Shown: piece after piece, positions 10,998-25,339 of the stretch
Layout: every line of letters begins with the position of its first letter
How positions within the stretch are numbered: the stretch's first letter is position 1
DNA from: Eledone cirrhosa
Lineage: Eukaryota
Assembly (NCBI GenBank): GCA_964016885.1
Contig: OZ024763.1
Coordinates: forward strand, 20,646,001-20,710,000
Length of the DNA: 64,000 nt
Reading direction: 5' to 3'
Position numbers and translations under genes: made by a program
Notes under the pieces: generated by a model
Seen by the model: only the letters and a program-made list of their open reading frames with translations
Database searches by the model: none
Told to the model about the DNA's origin: nothing

Positions 10998-13900
10998 TAT
11001 GTGAGATTATAATGTGAGGTAAAGTGTTTATCATGAAAATACAATAGTAAATATAGAGTAATGTAAATGGTAAAGGGTTAATTTAAAGTCAGTCTCGAGC
11101 TTGAACACTCATCATGCCAGTGCATATCCTGGTAGCACAATAAAACATAGCCAGTCCACTCTGTAAAGTGCTTGGTTTTATGACTGATAGTGTGGTAGAG
11201 ACATTTTAGTCATGACAGACAACCTCTTTAGTGCTCATACGATCTGTTTTTGACCTGGTTTTCTATGGCTGGATGCTCTTCCTAAGGTCAACCATCTTAC
11301 AGGGTTGACTGGGTGCTTTTTGTCTTGTCACCAGCACAACCACATTACAGGATAGACTAGGTTCTTTTTGATATGGCACAAGCACTATCACTTTACAAAA
11401 TGGACTGGATGTTTTATGCCATGGCACCAACACTACCACTTTACAAAATGGACTGGACGTTAGGTTTTTTGTCATTCCTATTAAAATTAAAATTACCCAG
11501 CATCATTTTTGTTAAGTTATATGTTATGAATACCTTCTTAATAATTGTTTCTACTTTTGACACAAGGCCAGCAATTATCCCAGTACATTACTGGTACTTT
11601 ATTTTATCGACTCCGTAAGGATGAAAGGCAAAGTTAACCTCGGCGGGATTTGAACTCAGAATGGCAAGGGCCGTAACTCTATGCGTCAAAGCATGGCGTC
11701 CGACCCTCTACCAATACTGCCAATCCAGTATAATGAAATAATTAATAATTCATTAGTAAATTCCTTCAAATTTTTCATTAATTCATTAAAATAAGTGTAT
11801 TTCATTAGATATATAGCCACATACCCACATAGCACCCTTTCGTTAACAGACATTAAAATAAATAAAGTTTTTTATTACTGCTACATACATTTATGCATGC
11901 AGATCACATCTTTGTGTGTGTATATATATATATATATAATTGTTTCTACTTTAGGCACAAGGCCAGCAATTACCCAGTGCATTACTGGTACTTTATTTTA
12001 TCGACCCCGTAAGGATGAAAGGCAAAGTCAACCTCGGCGGGATTTGAACTCAGATCGTAAATGTGAGTGAATATATATTATGTGAAAAAAAATATATATA
12101 TATATATATAATGTGAGTGTATATATATTATGTGAAAAAAAATATATATATATAAACAATGATGATGATGATATATGCAGGCAAAAGACACACAACATTG
12201 ATATAAGAAAGAAAGATCCTTTTATATTCCTGACAACTGTAGTTGCTGTGTACATCAATCCACTGCCCTTTCATTGGTACTTCTTTTTTTTTTATCGACC
12301 CCCAAAATGGATGAAAAGCAAGGACGACATCAATCAGATTTGAACTCAGAGTACAGAGAGCCAGAACAAATACTGCAGAGCATTTAACCCTTCAGCATTT
12401 AAACCAGCCGTATCTGACCAGAATTCTCTCACCTCTTTCTGTTCAAACTGGCTGTAACTGGCGGCTCATACTAATGGTAAGGTATTGTTCTCAATATAAA
12501 TATCAAAATATCATAGATTCGATGTTATGAGATCATTATGTGAGGTAAAGCTTTACCATGAAAATACAATAGTAAATATAGAGTAATGTCAATGGTAAAG
12601 GGTTAATCCAATAGTCTAACAACTCTGTCAATTCCCTGCTTTGATTTCAACACAATATCAAAAGAGGTTTGATTGAAGAACATACATATCAGGCCGAGTC
12701 TGAAGCATATAAATAGTATGCACCACCCCCACCCACCCACTCCCATGGGGACAGGCTGAAGCATACATCCAGTAAAGCCGCCAGCCCACACTGTAAAGCA
12801 AAAAAGCAACCAGCCCGCATTGTAAATCGGTCGTTGAGGTGCTATGGCAAAAAGCACTCAACAGTCAACTGAGAGTACAAGACTTCCTCCTGGATTGGAC
12901 ACCAGTCCATCACAGGGTTAAACCCTCAGCTACTACTAGTATTCATTTTCAGCTGAGTACTGGAGCAACACGAAATGAAGTGTTTTGCTCAAGAACACAA
13001 CACACAACCCAGTCCAGGAATCAAAGTCGTGCTATTATGATCATAAGTCCAACACCCTTACCACTGGAGCAACATGAAATGAAGTGTTTTGCTCAAGAAC
13101 ACAACACACAACCCAGTCCAGGAATCAAACCCATGACATTATGATTATAAGTCCAACACCTTTACCAATAGGCCATGTGTCATCACATTGAAAACATTGC
13201 TGATACCAAATTCAACAACATGGCTTTCACTAAAATTGTTTCTACTTTTGGCACAAGGTCAGCAATTACCCAGTACATTACTGGTACTTTATTTTATCGA
13301 CCCCTTAAGGATGAAAGGCAAAGTTAACCTCGACGGGATTCGAACTCAGACCGTAAAGGGACGTAACTATGCTAGAAAGCATGGCGTCCGACCCTCTACC
13401 GATACTGCCAATTTACCAGGTTAGGAACCAGTGGTGAGAGACACACATATCAGAGCAGGTCTCTGGTTGATTCAGTTTTATGGGAGCCATATTAGGGGTC
13501 ACTGTGGAGAAAGACAGATTTAATGAAATGACAAGAAATGGTAGGTAACAATGATTTCTATCAAAAATGTGTGTATATGTATAGGTATATATGTTTATGT
13601 GTGTATATGTATGTATGTATGTATGTGTATTTATGTATGTATGTGTGCTGGAGTTGTAGGGACTGCTGTCCATCCTCTCTCCAGCTGAGAGAGAGAGAGA
13701 GAGGGGAAGTGAGAAAGAGATATGGAGGAAGAATTGACCCCAGTACTAAGCTGGTACTTTTTTTTATCAACCTCAAAAGAATGAAAGACAAAGTTGACCT
13801 CGGCCAAATTTAAATACAGAGTGCAGAGAACCAGATGGATTACTGCAAAGCACTCTATCTGACAGTAGAGAGAGAGATACAGAGAAAGAGTCATCCCCAG

Positions 13901-14258
13901 TACTGAACTGGTACTTTTATTTTAGTGTCCTTGAAAGGATAAAAGACAACGTTGCCCTTGGTGGGAGCAAGATTTATGCTCAGAGAATACAGAGAGATAG
14001 GATTGATGGCAAAGGATTCAATCTGACATTAAGGAGAGAGAGGTAGAGCGAGAATAAGTGAGAAACAGATATAGAGAAAGAATCAACCCCTTTTTTTAAA
14101 TTGTCCTTTAAAGGACAAAAGGCAAAGCTGAACTTGGTGGAAGCGAGATTTGAACTCAGAGAATGCCTAGCCAAAATAAATTCAGCAAAGCATTCTCTCT
14201 GATGTCCTAATAACTCAACCTTCATTAATATCTATAGAACAACACAGGTAAACATATA

Positions 14259-14908
14259 CGAGGGTTGGCTGAAAAACGTTCATAGGCTGACTATGAAGGA
14301 ATGATGCTGGAGCAGTGAAATCTTGAATGCATTAATTTCAATTCTGCAATGTTTCTTTCCAGGGACTATGGTGAAAAATAAACCTCGTTTGATCATACCA
14401 TGAGAGTATCTTGATCAGCCTATGGACTTTTTCAGCCTATCCTTGTGTGTGTATATATATATATATACCTGGGAAGGCTGAAAAACGTTCATAGGCTGAT
14501 TATAATGGAGTGATGCTAGAGTTGTGACATCTTGCATGAACTAATTTCAACTCTTCTTATTAACAACTACACTGTTTCTTTCCAGGGACTATGTTGAAAA
14601 ATAAACCTCATTTGGTCAGTCCATGAAAGTATCTTGGTTAGCTTATGAAGGAGCAATGCTAAATCTGTGAAATCTTGCATGCATTAATTTCAACTTATTA
14701 ATAACTGCATTGTTTCTTTCCAGGGACTATGTTGAAAAATATACCTCATTTAGTCATTCCATGGGAGTATCTTGGTCAGAAAAATAAACCTCCTTTGGTC
14801 ATTCCATGAGTATCTTGGTCAGCTTATGAACTTTTTGAAAAATAAACCTCATTTAGTCATTCCATGAGAGTATCTTTGTCAACCTATGAACTTTTAGCCG
14901 ACCCTCGT
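14259..14908. mobile_element. Mariner-type MITE with internal partial duplications
   Basis: Ends are tacgagggttggctgaaaa and ttttagccgaccctcgta. Confidence 0.65.
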
Positions 14909-15026
14909 AAAAAAAAATGTTTCAAATAAAAAAAAGCATTATATAAAAAAATATTAGTTAAGTTTCAGTTGTTTTTTTTTTCCTTCAAGAAGGAAAAAAA
15001 AAGCCCAAAAACAAAACAATACTTAC

Positions 15027-15160
15027 TACACCAGCGGTTGGACTGGGAGAGAGAACACTGGGACTCTTCGGACTAGCAGAGGGTGGCCTGCCTTGCATTG
15101 CTGCTATGTTCAGTTGTTGATTCATTGCTCCGGCTTGCATCGCGGCTGCGAGATAAACAC
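15027..15160 (-). CDS. Polyhomeotic-like protein, coding exon 2
   Basis: gattag|...|gtaagt, 134 nt, phase 1 to 0. Translates as GVYLAAAMQAGAMNQQLNIAAMQGRPPSASPKSPSVLSPSPTAGV. Confidence 0.75.
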
Positions 15161-15999
15161 CTAATCACAAATATTTGGAGCTAGTATTTCTACCTCTAAA
15201 TATGAGAGTGCAGCTCAAACTGCCAACATAAAACAGTACTCAATGGTTCAATAGCATATTTTTTTGTCATTTTTTGAAAAATCTTTTGTTTTTCTTTTCA
15301 TTATATATTATATATGTATTATATATAATATATATAATATATATATATAATATATATATGTATTATATATATTATATATAATATATATATGTATTATATG
15401 TATTATGACCAGGCGATGCGTTATGTCCTTGAGCAAGACACTTTATTTCACGTCGCTCCTTCTCCCTGGAGTTGCGACCGATAGATAGTATTAGCAATTG
15501 GAAAGACCAACGGAAACATTGTTTCCTCGGTCCGATTTGACGAAAGTCGATCGTTCCTTTTATATATATGTATTATATATATATGTATTATATATATATA
15601 TGTATTATATATAATATTTATTATATATAATATATATTATATATATAATATATATATGCATTATATATAATATATATTATATATAATATATATATATATT
15701 ATATATAATATATTATATATAATATATTATATATACATAATATATATTTATTATAAGAACAGATTAAAGTTTAAGCAAATAATTGCTGCTTTCACCCTTA
15801 TATATATACACATGAATAAAATATATAAAACAAACATAGAAACAAATACAAGTTCTAAAATAAAACGCTGACAGAATTATGGTTTTAACCCTCTTTTGGT
15901 GACCAACTAAACCACCTGAAACTGACCCTAGTTTTATGATAAAAATTATTTCCAATAATAACTACACTGAACCTAATCTCAGATCACTGCACAATAACG

Positions 16000-16930
16000 T
16001 GTGGAAGAGGAGGTGAAGGTGAGACAGGATTTTCTAACAGTAATGTGTACCAAAGTTACCTTGGTGTAGGTGGTGCCAGATGTACAATAACATATGGAGA
16101 GGTGAGACAGGCCTGTTTCTGACAGTAATGTGTACCAAAGTTGTCTTGGTGTAGGTGGTGCCAGATACACAATAACATGTAGAGGAGGTGAGACAGGAGT
16201 TTCTGACTGTAATGGCTTAGTGGTTAGAGCATTGGCCTTGCAATCGAAAGGTTGTGAGTTCAATTCTCAGACCGGGTGATGTGTTGTTTCCTTGAGCATG
16301 ACACTTTATTTCACATTGCTCCAGTTCACTCAGCTGTAGAAATGAGATGATAGGGACTGGGGTCTATATCATTCCACTATAAAGTGGTCGTGTAGGCGCC
16401 ACGAAAAAAAAAAGCACCCAGCACTCACTGTAAATGAGGTTCGTGTTAGGAAGGGCATCCAGCTGTAGAAATCAAGCCAGAATCAGTTCCCGTCCCACCC
16501 TTGCAAGCAGGGAAAAGCGGGCGTAAAATGAAATGATGATGAATGATGAATATGTACCAAAGTTGTCTTGGTATAGGTGGTGCCAGATGTACAATCAAAT
16601 GTGTAGAGGAGGTGGAGGTGAGACAGGCGTTTCTGACAGTAATGTGTACCAAAGTTGTCTTGGTGTAGGTGGTGCCAGATGTACAATAAAATGTGTAGAG
16701 GAGGTGGAGGTGAGACAGGAGTTTCTGACAATAATGTGTACCAAAGTTGTCTTGGTGTAGGTGGTGCCAGATACACAATAACACATGGAGGAGGAAGTGA
16801 AACAGGAGTTTCTGGCAGTGTCTACCAAAGTTACCTTGGTGAATGTGGTGTCAGATACATAATAACATGTGTGGAGGAGGTAAGACAGGAATTTCTGACT
16901 GCAATGTGTACCAAAGCCGCCTCGGTGTAT
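16000..16930. repeat. ~80-bp minisatellite interrupted by a SINE
   Basis: Units of gtaccaaagttgtcttggtgtaggtggtgccagat..., with a SINE at 16212-16548. Confidence 0.85.
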
Positions 16931-18194
16931 AAGTAATAAGGTAAAACCTGAAGTTTGTTCTCATTAACATTTTCAAATTGCACCCCACCTTTGAGACATG
17001 CGCCACACATCACCTCATTAAACTAACATACACTCATGTTTGTTGTAAAGTGTTTATATTTATCTAAAATCCTTCTATCATAAACCAAATTAGAATATGA
17101 TTTTTCCCTCTCACATAGCCGAAGTCTAAAATCTGCCTTGAGCCATTTCAGTCTCGTTAGGCCAGTGCTTATCTCGGTTTCATGGCATGAAGCGACTGAG
17201 AGTACAAGACTCCCCCTTGGACAGGATGCCAGTCCATCACAGAGATAAACCCCCAGCTACTGCCTAACCCTAACCCTAAACACCCAAACAGGGAGTACTA
17301 AAAAAAAAGAGTCCCAAAACAGGAAGATTTTACATAATGAAAGCTATACCCATTTTCACAAGACAAGACATCTCTCACCCACCCCAAAGTGTGTGGGAGA
17401 TCTCCCCGTCAGACAGAGAGAGTTGATAGGTCTGCTGTGGTGCTAAGACCATGGAGACCACTAATCATGTGAGTACTCAATACATGGGGCAATGCAAAGT
17501 GGGTATAGAGATAGGTAAAATTCCGACTGAGGAACAAATAGTTGGGATTTTAACTAAATAAATATATATATATATATATCTGTCTGTCTACCTAGGCGCA
17601 AGGCTTAGTGGTTAGAGCATCTGGCTTACAATCATGAGGTTGAGTTCGATTCTTGGATGAGGCTTTGCATTGTGTTCTTGAGCAAGACACTTTATTTCAT
17701 GTTGCTCCAGTTCACTCAGCTGTAGAAATGAATTGTGACGTCACTGGTACCAAGCTGTATCGGCCATTGCCTTTCCCATGGACATCATATATAATGTATA
17801 TATTGCGTATATATAATATATATATATATATTGTAATGTTACAGGTGCCAAGCTGTATTGGCCATTGCCTTTCTCTTGGACAATATTGGTGACGTGGAGA
17901 TGGGAGACTGGTATGCTTGGGCAACTGTTGATTTTCCACAAACAACCTTGCCCAGACTTGTGCCTCGGAGGGGAACTTTCTAGGTGCAAATCCGATGGTC
18001 ATTTGTGACCGAAGGTGGTCTTTACCATTGATAGATAATAAAGGTGGGTGATCCCATAGGAACAAATCCCATGGTTATTCGTGACTTATGTCTATCTATC
18101 TATCTAATCTTTGTCTATGTATTTACAATGCTTCAAACATAATCTACAGATACAGAATATAAGAGTGTAAAAATATTCAAGAAAGACAATTCAC

Positions 18195-18375
18195 CTTGTA
18201 CAGCAGCATTTTGTAGCATCAGTTGCTGTTGGTTGTATGGGAAACTTGGCATGTATGGGGGACTGTGAACAGGCTGGTGAATCACTTGAACTTGTGGTAT
18301 GGAGGTTCGGACATTTGTAGTAGCTCCACTCACTGCTACACCTCCACTCTCAGAGCCAGGACGAGTTTCAGACAT
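18195..18375 (-). CDS. Polyhomeotic-like Q/S/P-rich protein, first coding exon
   Basis: Exon spans 18398-18195 with acceptor tttttag and donor caag|gtgaat. Translates as MSETRPGSESGG...IPQVQVIHQPVHSPPYMPSFPYNQQQLMLQNAAVQ. The family call rests on remembered resemblance to invertebrate Ph N-termini only; no SAM or FCS domain lies in the window. Confidence 0.7.
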
Positions 18376-19009
18376 TTTCAGAGATCTTTTAACTCAGACT
18401 AAAAAAGAATTAAAGAAAAGAAAAGAAAAAAAATTAATAAATAATTGAAAATAGAAAACAAAACAACTATTAACCCTTTAACATTGAAATCGGCTGTCTC
18501 CGGTCAGAATTCTCTCACTTTTTTTCTGTTCAAACCGGTCATAACTAGTGACTCATACTGATGTAAAGGTATTGTTCTCAAAATAAATAATACCAAAATC
18601 CCATAGATTCCATATTATCTGGGATAATTATGTAAGATAAAGCCTTTAACACAAAAATATAATAGTATATATAAAGTAATGTAAATGCTAAAGGGTTACA
18701 CAGGGTTTTTAACTATATCAGGCTTCAACTTATCACATCCATAGCTAAGGAGAAATGAATAGAAAAGTATATCAATTTAACTTTCTTAGATTCTGTGTGA
18801 GTATGTCCCCTTGAAACATACATCAGGTCCAAACGCAAAGGAATCAAACTCCCACTCTCCCCATCTCTCACTATTTTGAGCAAATGGGGGGGGGGGGGGC
18901 ATGAGCTGGCCACCCCGCAGCCCTGGCAGACAGAATAGAGAAGGCGTTTGCCCAGATGATGGTGAGGGAGATGCACTGGAAAAGCCATTCCAGCTCATGT
19001 GGCTCACAC

Positions 19010-20336
19010 CTGCAGGTAGCCAGCTCTGTGGTGATGGTGGTGAGTAGGGAGGTGGTCCTAGGGCCAAGGACACCAGAAGTCTCCACTGCTACAGGTACCC
19101 AACTCCGTGCCGATGGTGGTGAGTAGGGATGTGGCCCTAGGACCAAGGACACTAGAAGTCTCCACTGCTATTGGTAGCCAACTATGTGGTGATGGTGGTG
19201 AGTAGGGAGGTGGTCCTAGGGCCAAGGACACCAGAAGTCTCCACTGCTACAGGTACCCAACTCCGTGCCGATGGTGGTGAGTAGGGAGGTGGCCCTAGGA
19301 CCAAGGACACTAGAAGTCTCCACTGCTATTGGTAGCCAACTATGTGCCGATGGTGGTGAGTAGGGAGGTGGCCCTAGGACCAAGGACACCAGAAGTCTCC
19401 ACTGCTATTGGTAGCCAGCTCTGTGGTGATGGTGGTGAGTAGGGATGTGGCCCTAGGACCAAGGACACTAGAAGTCTCCACTGCTATTGGTAGCCAACTA
19501 TGTGCCGATGGTGGTGAGTAGGGAGGTGGCCCTAGGACCAAGGACACCAGAAGTCTCCACTGCTATTGGTAGCCAGCTCTGTGGTGATGGTGGTGAGTAG
19601 GGATGTGGCCCTAGGACCAAGGACACTAGAAGTCTCCACTGCTATTGGTAGCCAACTATGTGCCGATGGTGGTGAGTAGGGAGGTGGCCCTAGGACCAAG
19701 GACACCAGAAGTCTCCACTGCTATTGGTAGCCAGCTCTGTGGTGATGGTGGTGAGTAGGGATGTGGCCCTAGGACCAAGGACACTAGAAGTCTCCACTGC
19801 TATTGGTAGCCAACTATGTGCCGATGGTGGTGAGTAGGGAGGTGGCCCTAGGACCAAGGACACCAGAAGTCTCCACTGCTATTGGTAGCCAGCTCTGTGG
19901 TGATGGTGGTGAGTAGGGATGTGGCCCTAGGACCAAGGACACTAGAAGTCTCCACTGCTATTGGTAGCCAACTATGTGCCGATGGTGGTGAGTAGGGAGG
20001 TGGCCCTAGGACCAAGGACACCAGAAGTCTCCACTGCTATTGGTAGCCAGCTCTGTGGTGATGGTGGTGAGTAGGGAGGTGGCCCTAGGACCAAGGACAC
20101 CAGAAGTCTCCACTGCTGCCGATGGCAGTGAGTAGGGATGTGGCCCAAGGACTAAGGACACCAGTAATCGCCACTGCTATTGGTAGCCAACTCCGTGCCA
20201 ATGGCAGTAAGTAGGAAGGTGGCCTTAGGACCGAGTACACTAGAAATCTCCACTGCTATTGGTGGCCAACTCTGTGCCGATGGCAGTGAGTAGGAAGGTG
20301 GCCCTAGGACCAAGGACACCAGAAATTTCCACTGCA
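19010..20336. repeat. 79-bp GC-rich minisatellite, about 17 units, with alternating A/B variants
   Basis: gaagtctccactgcta recurs every 79 bp. Variants aactatgtgccg and agctctgtggtg alternate. Confidence 0.92.
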
Positions 20337-21022
20337 TAAACATTTTCAGGGATCTTTTAACTCAGACTAGAAAATTATTCTAAAGAAAGAAAAAAAAGGA
20401 TTGAACATAGAAAACCAGCAGTTTTGTCCGCAGGGTACAGCCCAAACACCACCCAGCCCACAGTCCATCATCCTCTCCATTCCCCCTTCCTTTCTTCTGT
20501 GGCCCAAGAGTCCTTGCTTTTTTCCCTCCTTTTCCTCTCATATATGGCATTTATAGTCCTTTCCTTTACTTTCCTATGCAGCCAGATCTGCCCTTCTTTA
20601 CCCCTTCCCCTTTTTCATAACTTAATTTTGTCTTTATCTTTCTTTTTCACCATCATCATCATCATCGTTTAATGTCTATCTTCCTCGCTAGCATGGGTTA
20701 AATGGGAATTGTCCCACTTGAGGCAAGATTGATCGGGTGATCGTGTCTCATTCATATAGGACTGTATCTATGTAATTTCAATGGTTGGTTCATTGCTCTG
20801 AAGAGTAGGAAGAGTAAAAGAAAGAATTAAAATATGGGTTGTTCTGTACATTCTCTGAATTCAACTTTTCCTTTCATCTTTTCCAGGTTGATTAAAAAAA
20901 GTACCAGTCCAATACAGGTATCGATTCTTTCTCTGTATCACTTTATGTCACTATGGTGCCCTCTACAACTCCATTCAGAGTTACAGGGCTATGCCATGTC
21001 ATGTCAAACACATTGATGTACT

Positions 21023-21247
21023 TTAACCCTTTAGCATTTAGACCGGCCATATCCAGCCAGAATTCTCAAACTTCTTTCTCTTCAAACCAGCCGTAACTGG
21101 CCACTCATACTGATGTTAAGGTATTGTTCTCAAAATAAATATCAAAACCTCGTAGATTCGATTTTATGTGAGATAATTATGTGAAATAAACCGTTTACCA
21201 TGAAAATATAATAGTAAATATAGAGCAATATAAATGCTAAAGGGTTA
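21023..21247. mobile_element. piggyBac-like MITE (TTAA-CCCT termini)
   Basis: ttaaccctttagcattta...taaatgctaaagggttaa. Other copies lie at ~10313-10730, 12384-12605, 18470-18697, 27840-28048 and 29280-29425. Confidence 0.75.
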
Positions 21248-21495
21248 ATGTGAGACAAAAAGTACCAGTAATGTACTGGTGTCGATTCTTCCTCTATATC
21301 TCTTCATCATTTCCTTTCTCTCACTCTCTATCCTTCTCCAGAAGAAATCTACTGTAACCAGACAAGACCAAACCTAGAGAAGAGATGAGGGTTTCATCGG
21401 GTTTAAAAGGTGCCCTAGAAAAGCCATGTCAACATGGCATCCCTACGATTCCTTCAGGAGTTACAGGACATGCACCCATACACCTCAAATATATA

Positions 21496-22369
21496 CAGGG
21501 TGCGGACGATATTTGTTTGCAAGATTACTGTCTAGGAAAAAATAACACAGTAGTTTTATTTTTTAAGATATATTTATCAAACTTGAGTCAGTTTGTCTTC
21601 ATGACTTGTTCTTTCGATCTCACTCGATAAACCCACCATTGGCTTTGATGATGGCCTCGGAACCGGCTACAGGCCTTTGTCACTGTCCCTCGACTTAGGC
21701 CCCTAAAGGCACTTGTGATCCTGGCCTTCAGATCGTCTTGCAGCTAGATCTGTTGGTGTCTCATTCCACTGCGCCCCACACAAAGAAGTCGAGGGGGTTG
21801 CAGTCAGGCAAGCTGGGAGGCCAGATGTCAGGTGAAGTGTGGTCGACGAAGTTCTCTGATAGCCAGGCTTGGGTCTTTCGGCTGGTATGGCAGGGCGCTG
21901 AGTCTTGCTGCCACACGTACGGCCTACCTGCAGCTACCTGGTCGATCCAGGGCTTTACTACCTCACTCAGAACGCGGATGTAGCCATCAGTGTTCAGCTT
22001 GAGGCCCTCAGGGAAGAAGTGAGGTGGCATGACGTCACCTTGACTGCTGAGGACACCTAAGACCAATGTTGTCGCTGGAAACTTTGTCTGCATGACTCTG
22101 GGCACGTCTTTGGATGAGACAGCGAGCCACCTGTTGTTCTGGGAGTTGATCTTCTGGTCTTATTTGTCCTCCCGGTGCGGATTCCAAGAAGAACTCTGTG
22201 TCTCTTCCACAAATTTGGAGGTTCAAAATTATTCATAATCAATTATTCTGAAAATAAATAATGGAATTATAATCACTGTTTTTATAAAGACAAGAGTGAC
22301 AACAGAAGTTAAAAAAATTTGCACAAAATTAGCAGTTGAAATTTGCGAACAAATATCGTCCACACCCTC
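21496..22369 (-). mobile_element. Internally deleted Tc1/mariner transposon, maT (DD37D) family
   Basis: TIRs cagggtgcggacgatatttgtttgcaa / ttgcgaacaaatatcgtccacaccctc with TA flanks. ORF 21761-22105 has QQDSAPCH...WPPSLPDCNPLD with 37 residues between the catalytic Ds. Confidence 0.88.
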
Positions 22370-23407
22370 TATTTATAGTATTTGAACAAGAGCAATATTA
22401 TGGATTGTTTTAGTCAAACGCAGACGTAGTGAAATCATTTATATATATATATATATATATTTATTTATATATATAACAAAGAGGGTGTGGTAAGATACCA
22501 GGTGGACCATAACGCACCAGAGTACTCAATACTTAGGGTAGTAGATTGGGTAATAGGAAAACAGTCAAGATCCCGACGGTTGAGCTCCGAGTGTTTCGAC
22601 AGCTAGATCCGAATCAAGTAGTCGAAACGGTCGGAGCTCAGCCGTCGGGGTCCTGACTCTTTTCCTATATATATATTTATATAGTTTTATTTGTTTAGGT
22701 AATGTTAATCACAGTCGGTGCAGGATTTAGGACAAATGAGGCCTTGTGCTAGTTAAGTTATGAGACACCCAAACATTTGAAAAATTAATCGTAAAAAATG
22801 TTTTGGGGCAGGAAAATGGCTCCCACTTCCTGGTCAACGGAGCCCTGACTACAGGGGCAAACACACTCCCCAAAATGACCCGTCATATGAAAGCTAACAC
22901 TCCTACGTCTAAACAACAGCACAGGACATTTTATTTGGCAATCTACAGCTTCTATTACTCTACTACATATAAATATTTGTTTCTAAATTAGGCACAAGGC
23001 CAGCAATTTAAAGGGGAGAAGGGGGAAAAAAATCGCTGAGATTTAACCCCCCCAATATTTAACTGGTACATTATACAGGGTGTTCTACAAAAATGTATAC
23101 ATACATCAACAGCATTCTAATAAATATTGCCTGTACGGGTAATCAAGGTATGTATACATTTTTTGAGGACACCCTGTATTATCAAGCCAGGAAGTATGAA
23201 AGATTAAGTTGACGGACTTGGCAGGATTTAAACTAAGAATGTGAAGACAAAGCACAACACATATACATGTACATATATACACATGTGTATATACCCATAT
23301 GTATACTGTGGATATATATTATATATAATGTACATAATGTCAATATAATATAAACATATAAAGGATATGTATATAATATATACACACATACAATCTGTCA
23401 CTACACC

Positions 23408-23471
<64 letters not shown>

Positions 23472-23681
23472 ATATATATATTCATTTTATTGTAGAAATG
23501 ACTGCTACAGGACTAAAACTCTTTCATTCGTCAGAAATCATGCAGGAAGTAAAATGAATATAACCTATACTCTAACGTATTGAGTACATTTTTTGACAAC
23601 GATCGCCTCCCGAATTACATCGGGATCCTATATATATATATATATTTATGTATGTATATATATATATATACACTTTGTGTT

Positions 23682-23719
<38 letters not shown>

Positions 23720-24180
23720 CACACAAAGTGTTTGTTCAAGTGTCACAATACCCCATTGTGTATATATTCAAATATATATATACATACATGCATATATACA
23801 TATAAGTTTGTATGTAAATATATATAATCGTATATATATATATATACATATATTGTTTAACATTAATCGGGGAAAGAAAATTTATAACGATGGTGTGTTC
23901 CCTAAAAGGATTTCCATAACAATACTGTTATCATTATAAATTGCTCGTGTATATATGTGTGTGTGTATGTATGTATATATATTTGCGGTTTTCATTCTTT
24001 TCGAAGGATAATAAAAATAGCAAACATGAGAACAAGCAATATTTCTTCAATACGATACTCTACTATACTATACTATAATGATCATTAATAATTATAAAGT
24101 TAACAAACAGACACGAGTTAAGGAGATCATACATATATATATATATATATATATATACATAGAGAAATATGTATAGATAT

Positions 24181-24217
<37 letters not shown>

Positions 24218-24231
24218 GAGAAATATGTATG

Positions 24232-24268
<37 letters not shown>

Positions 24269-25339
24269 ATGTATGTATGCATACATATATAGGCCCAAAA
24301 AATTAATTAAAATCCATAATTACCAACACATTGAGAAGAGATTGAAATATATATTCACGATTTCACGTGTGTTTTGATATATATAAATATATATATATAT
24401 ATTTATATATATATATATATATAAATATATATCTATATATATATATATATTTATATGTATGTATGTGTATATATGGTTATGATATGCGATGAAATGAGTT
24501 TTTTTGGGGGGGTTATAACCGTATAACCGATAAATTATATCAACTCCTTTAGTTCATTCATTCCTCAAATGATATCCCAGGTTTTTTTCTGTGTTTGGGG
24601 GGCTTGTTATATTTTTTCCACCACCAACAATATGGGTTATGGGTTATTCACATCTAAACATAAGAATATATATATAATAATAATACTAATAATAAATAAA
24701 TAAATAACACTTTCCCTAGATGTGATGTTGTGTGTATATATATATATATATATATGTATATTTATATATACATATATGTTTATGTTGTATATATAAGTGT
24801 AAACATATATATGTGTGTGTGTATATATATTTTATTATCAAAATCTTACAATGTCTCTAATGCATGAATACTGAGCAGTAGGAGGAGGTAGGAAAATAAG
24901 AGGTGGTAGCGATGGGGGTGAGTGTAAGTATTATTGACCAATCAGATCGACGGATTGTCGTAAGTGCCGAATAACAGGAAGAGAAGGGGTGGGAGTATGG
25001 AGATATAACGAAAGTATATAGAAAGTGTATTATAACAAAAGTAACAAATAAAACATACAAAATACAAAATATTGTGGCGGGGAGAATGGATGTTGTTGTT
25101 GTTAACAGAAGATTATTAACTTTATTATTATTACGGTCATGAGTTCAAATCCCGTCGATGTTAGCTTTGCCCTTCTTTACGGTGTCAATAAAAGAAAGTA
25201 CAAGTAACACACTGGGTCGATTTAATCACCCCCTCCCTCTTCAAATTGCTGGCCTTGTGCCTAAAGTAGAAACCATTATTATTATGTCAAGGAAATAAAA
25301 GTACCAGTTATGCACTGGGGTCGTTTAATCGACTTTCCC

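Noticed and set aside
19010-20336. Coding repeat exon
   Set aside because: The 79-bp period is not a multiple of 3 and stops recur, so there is no long ORF.
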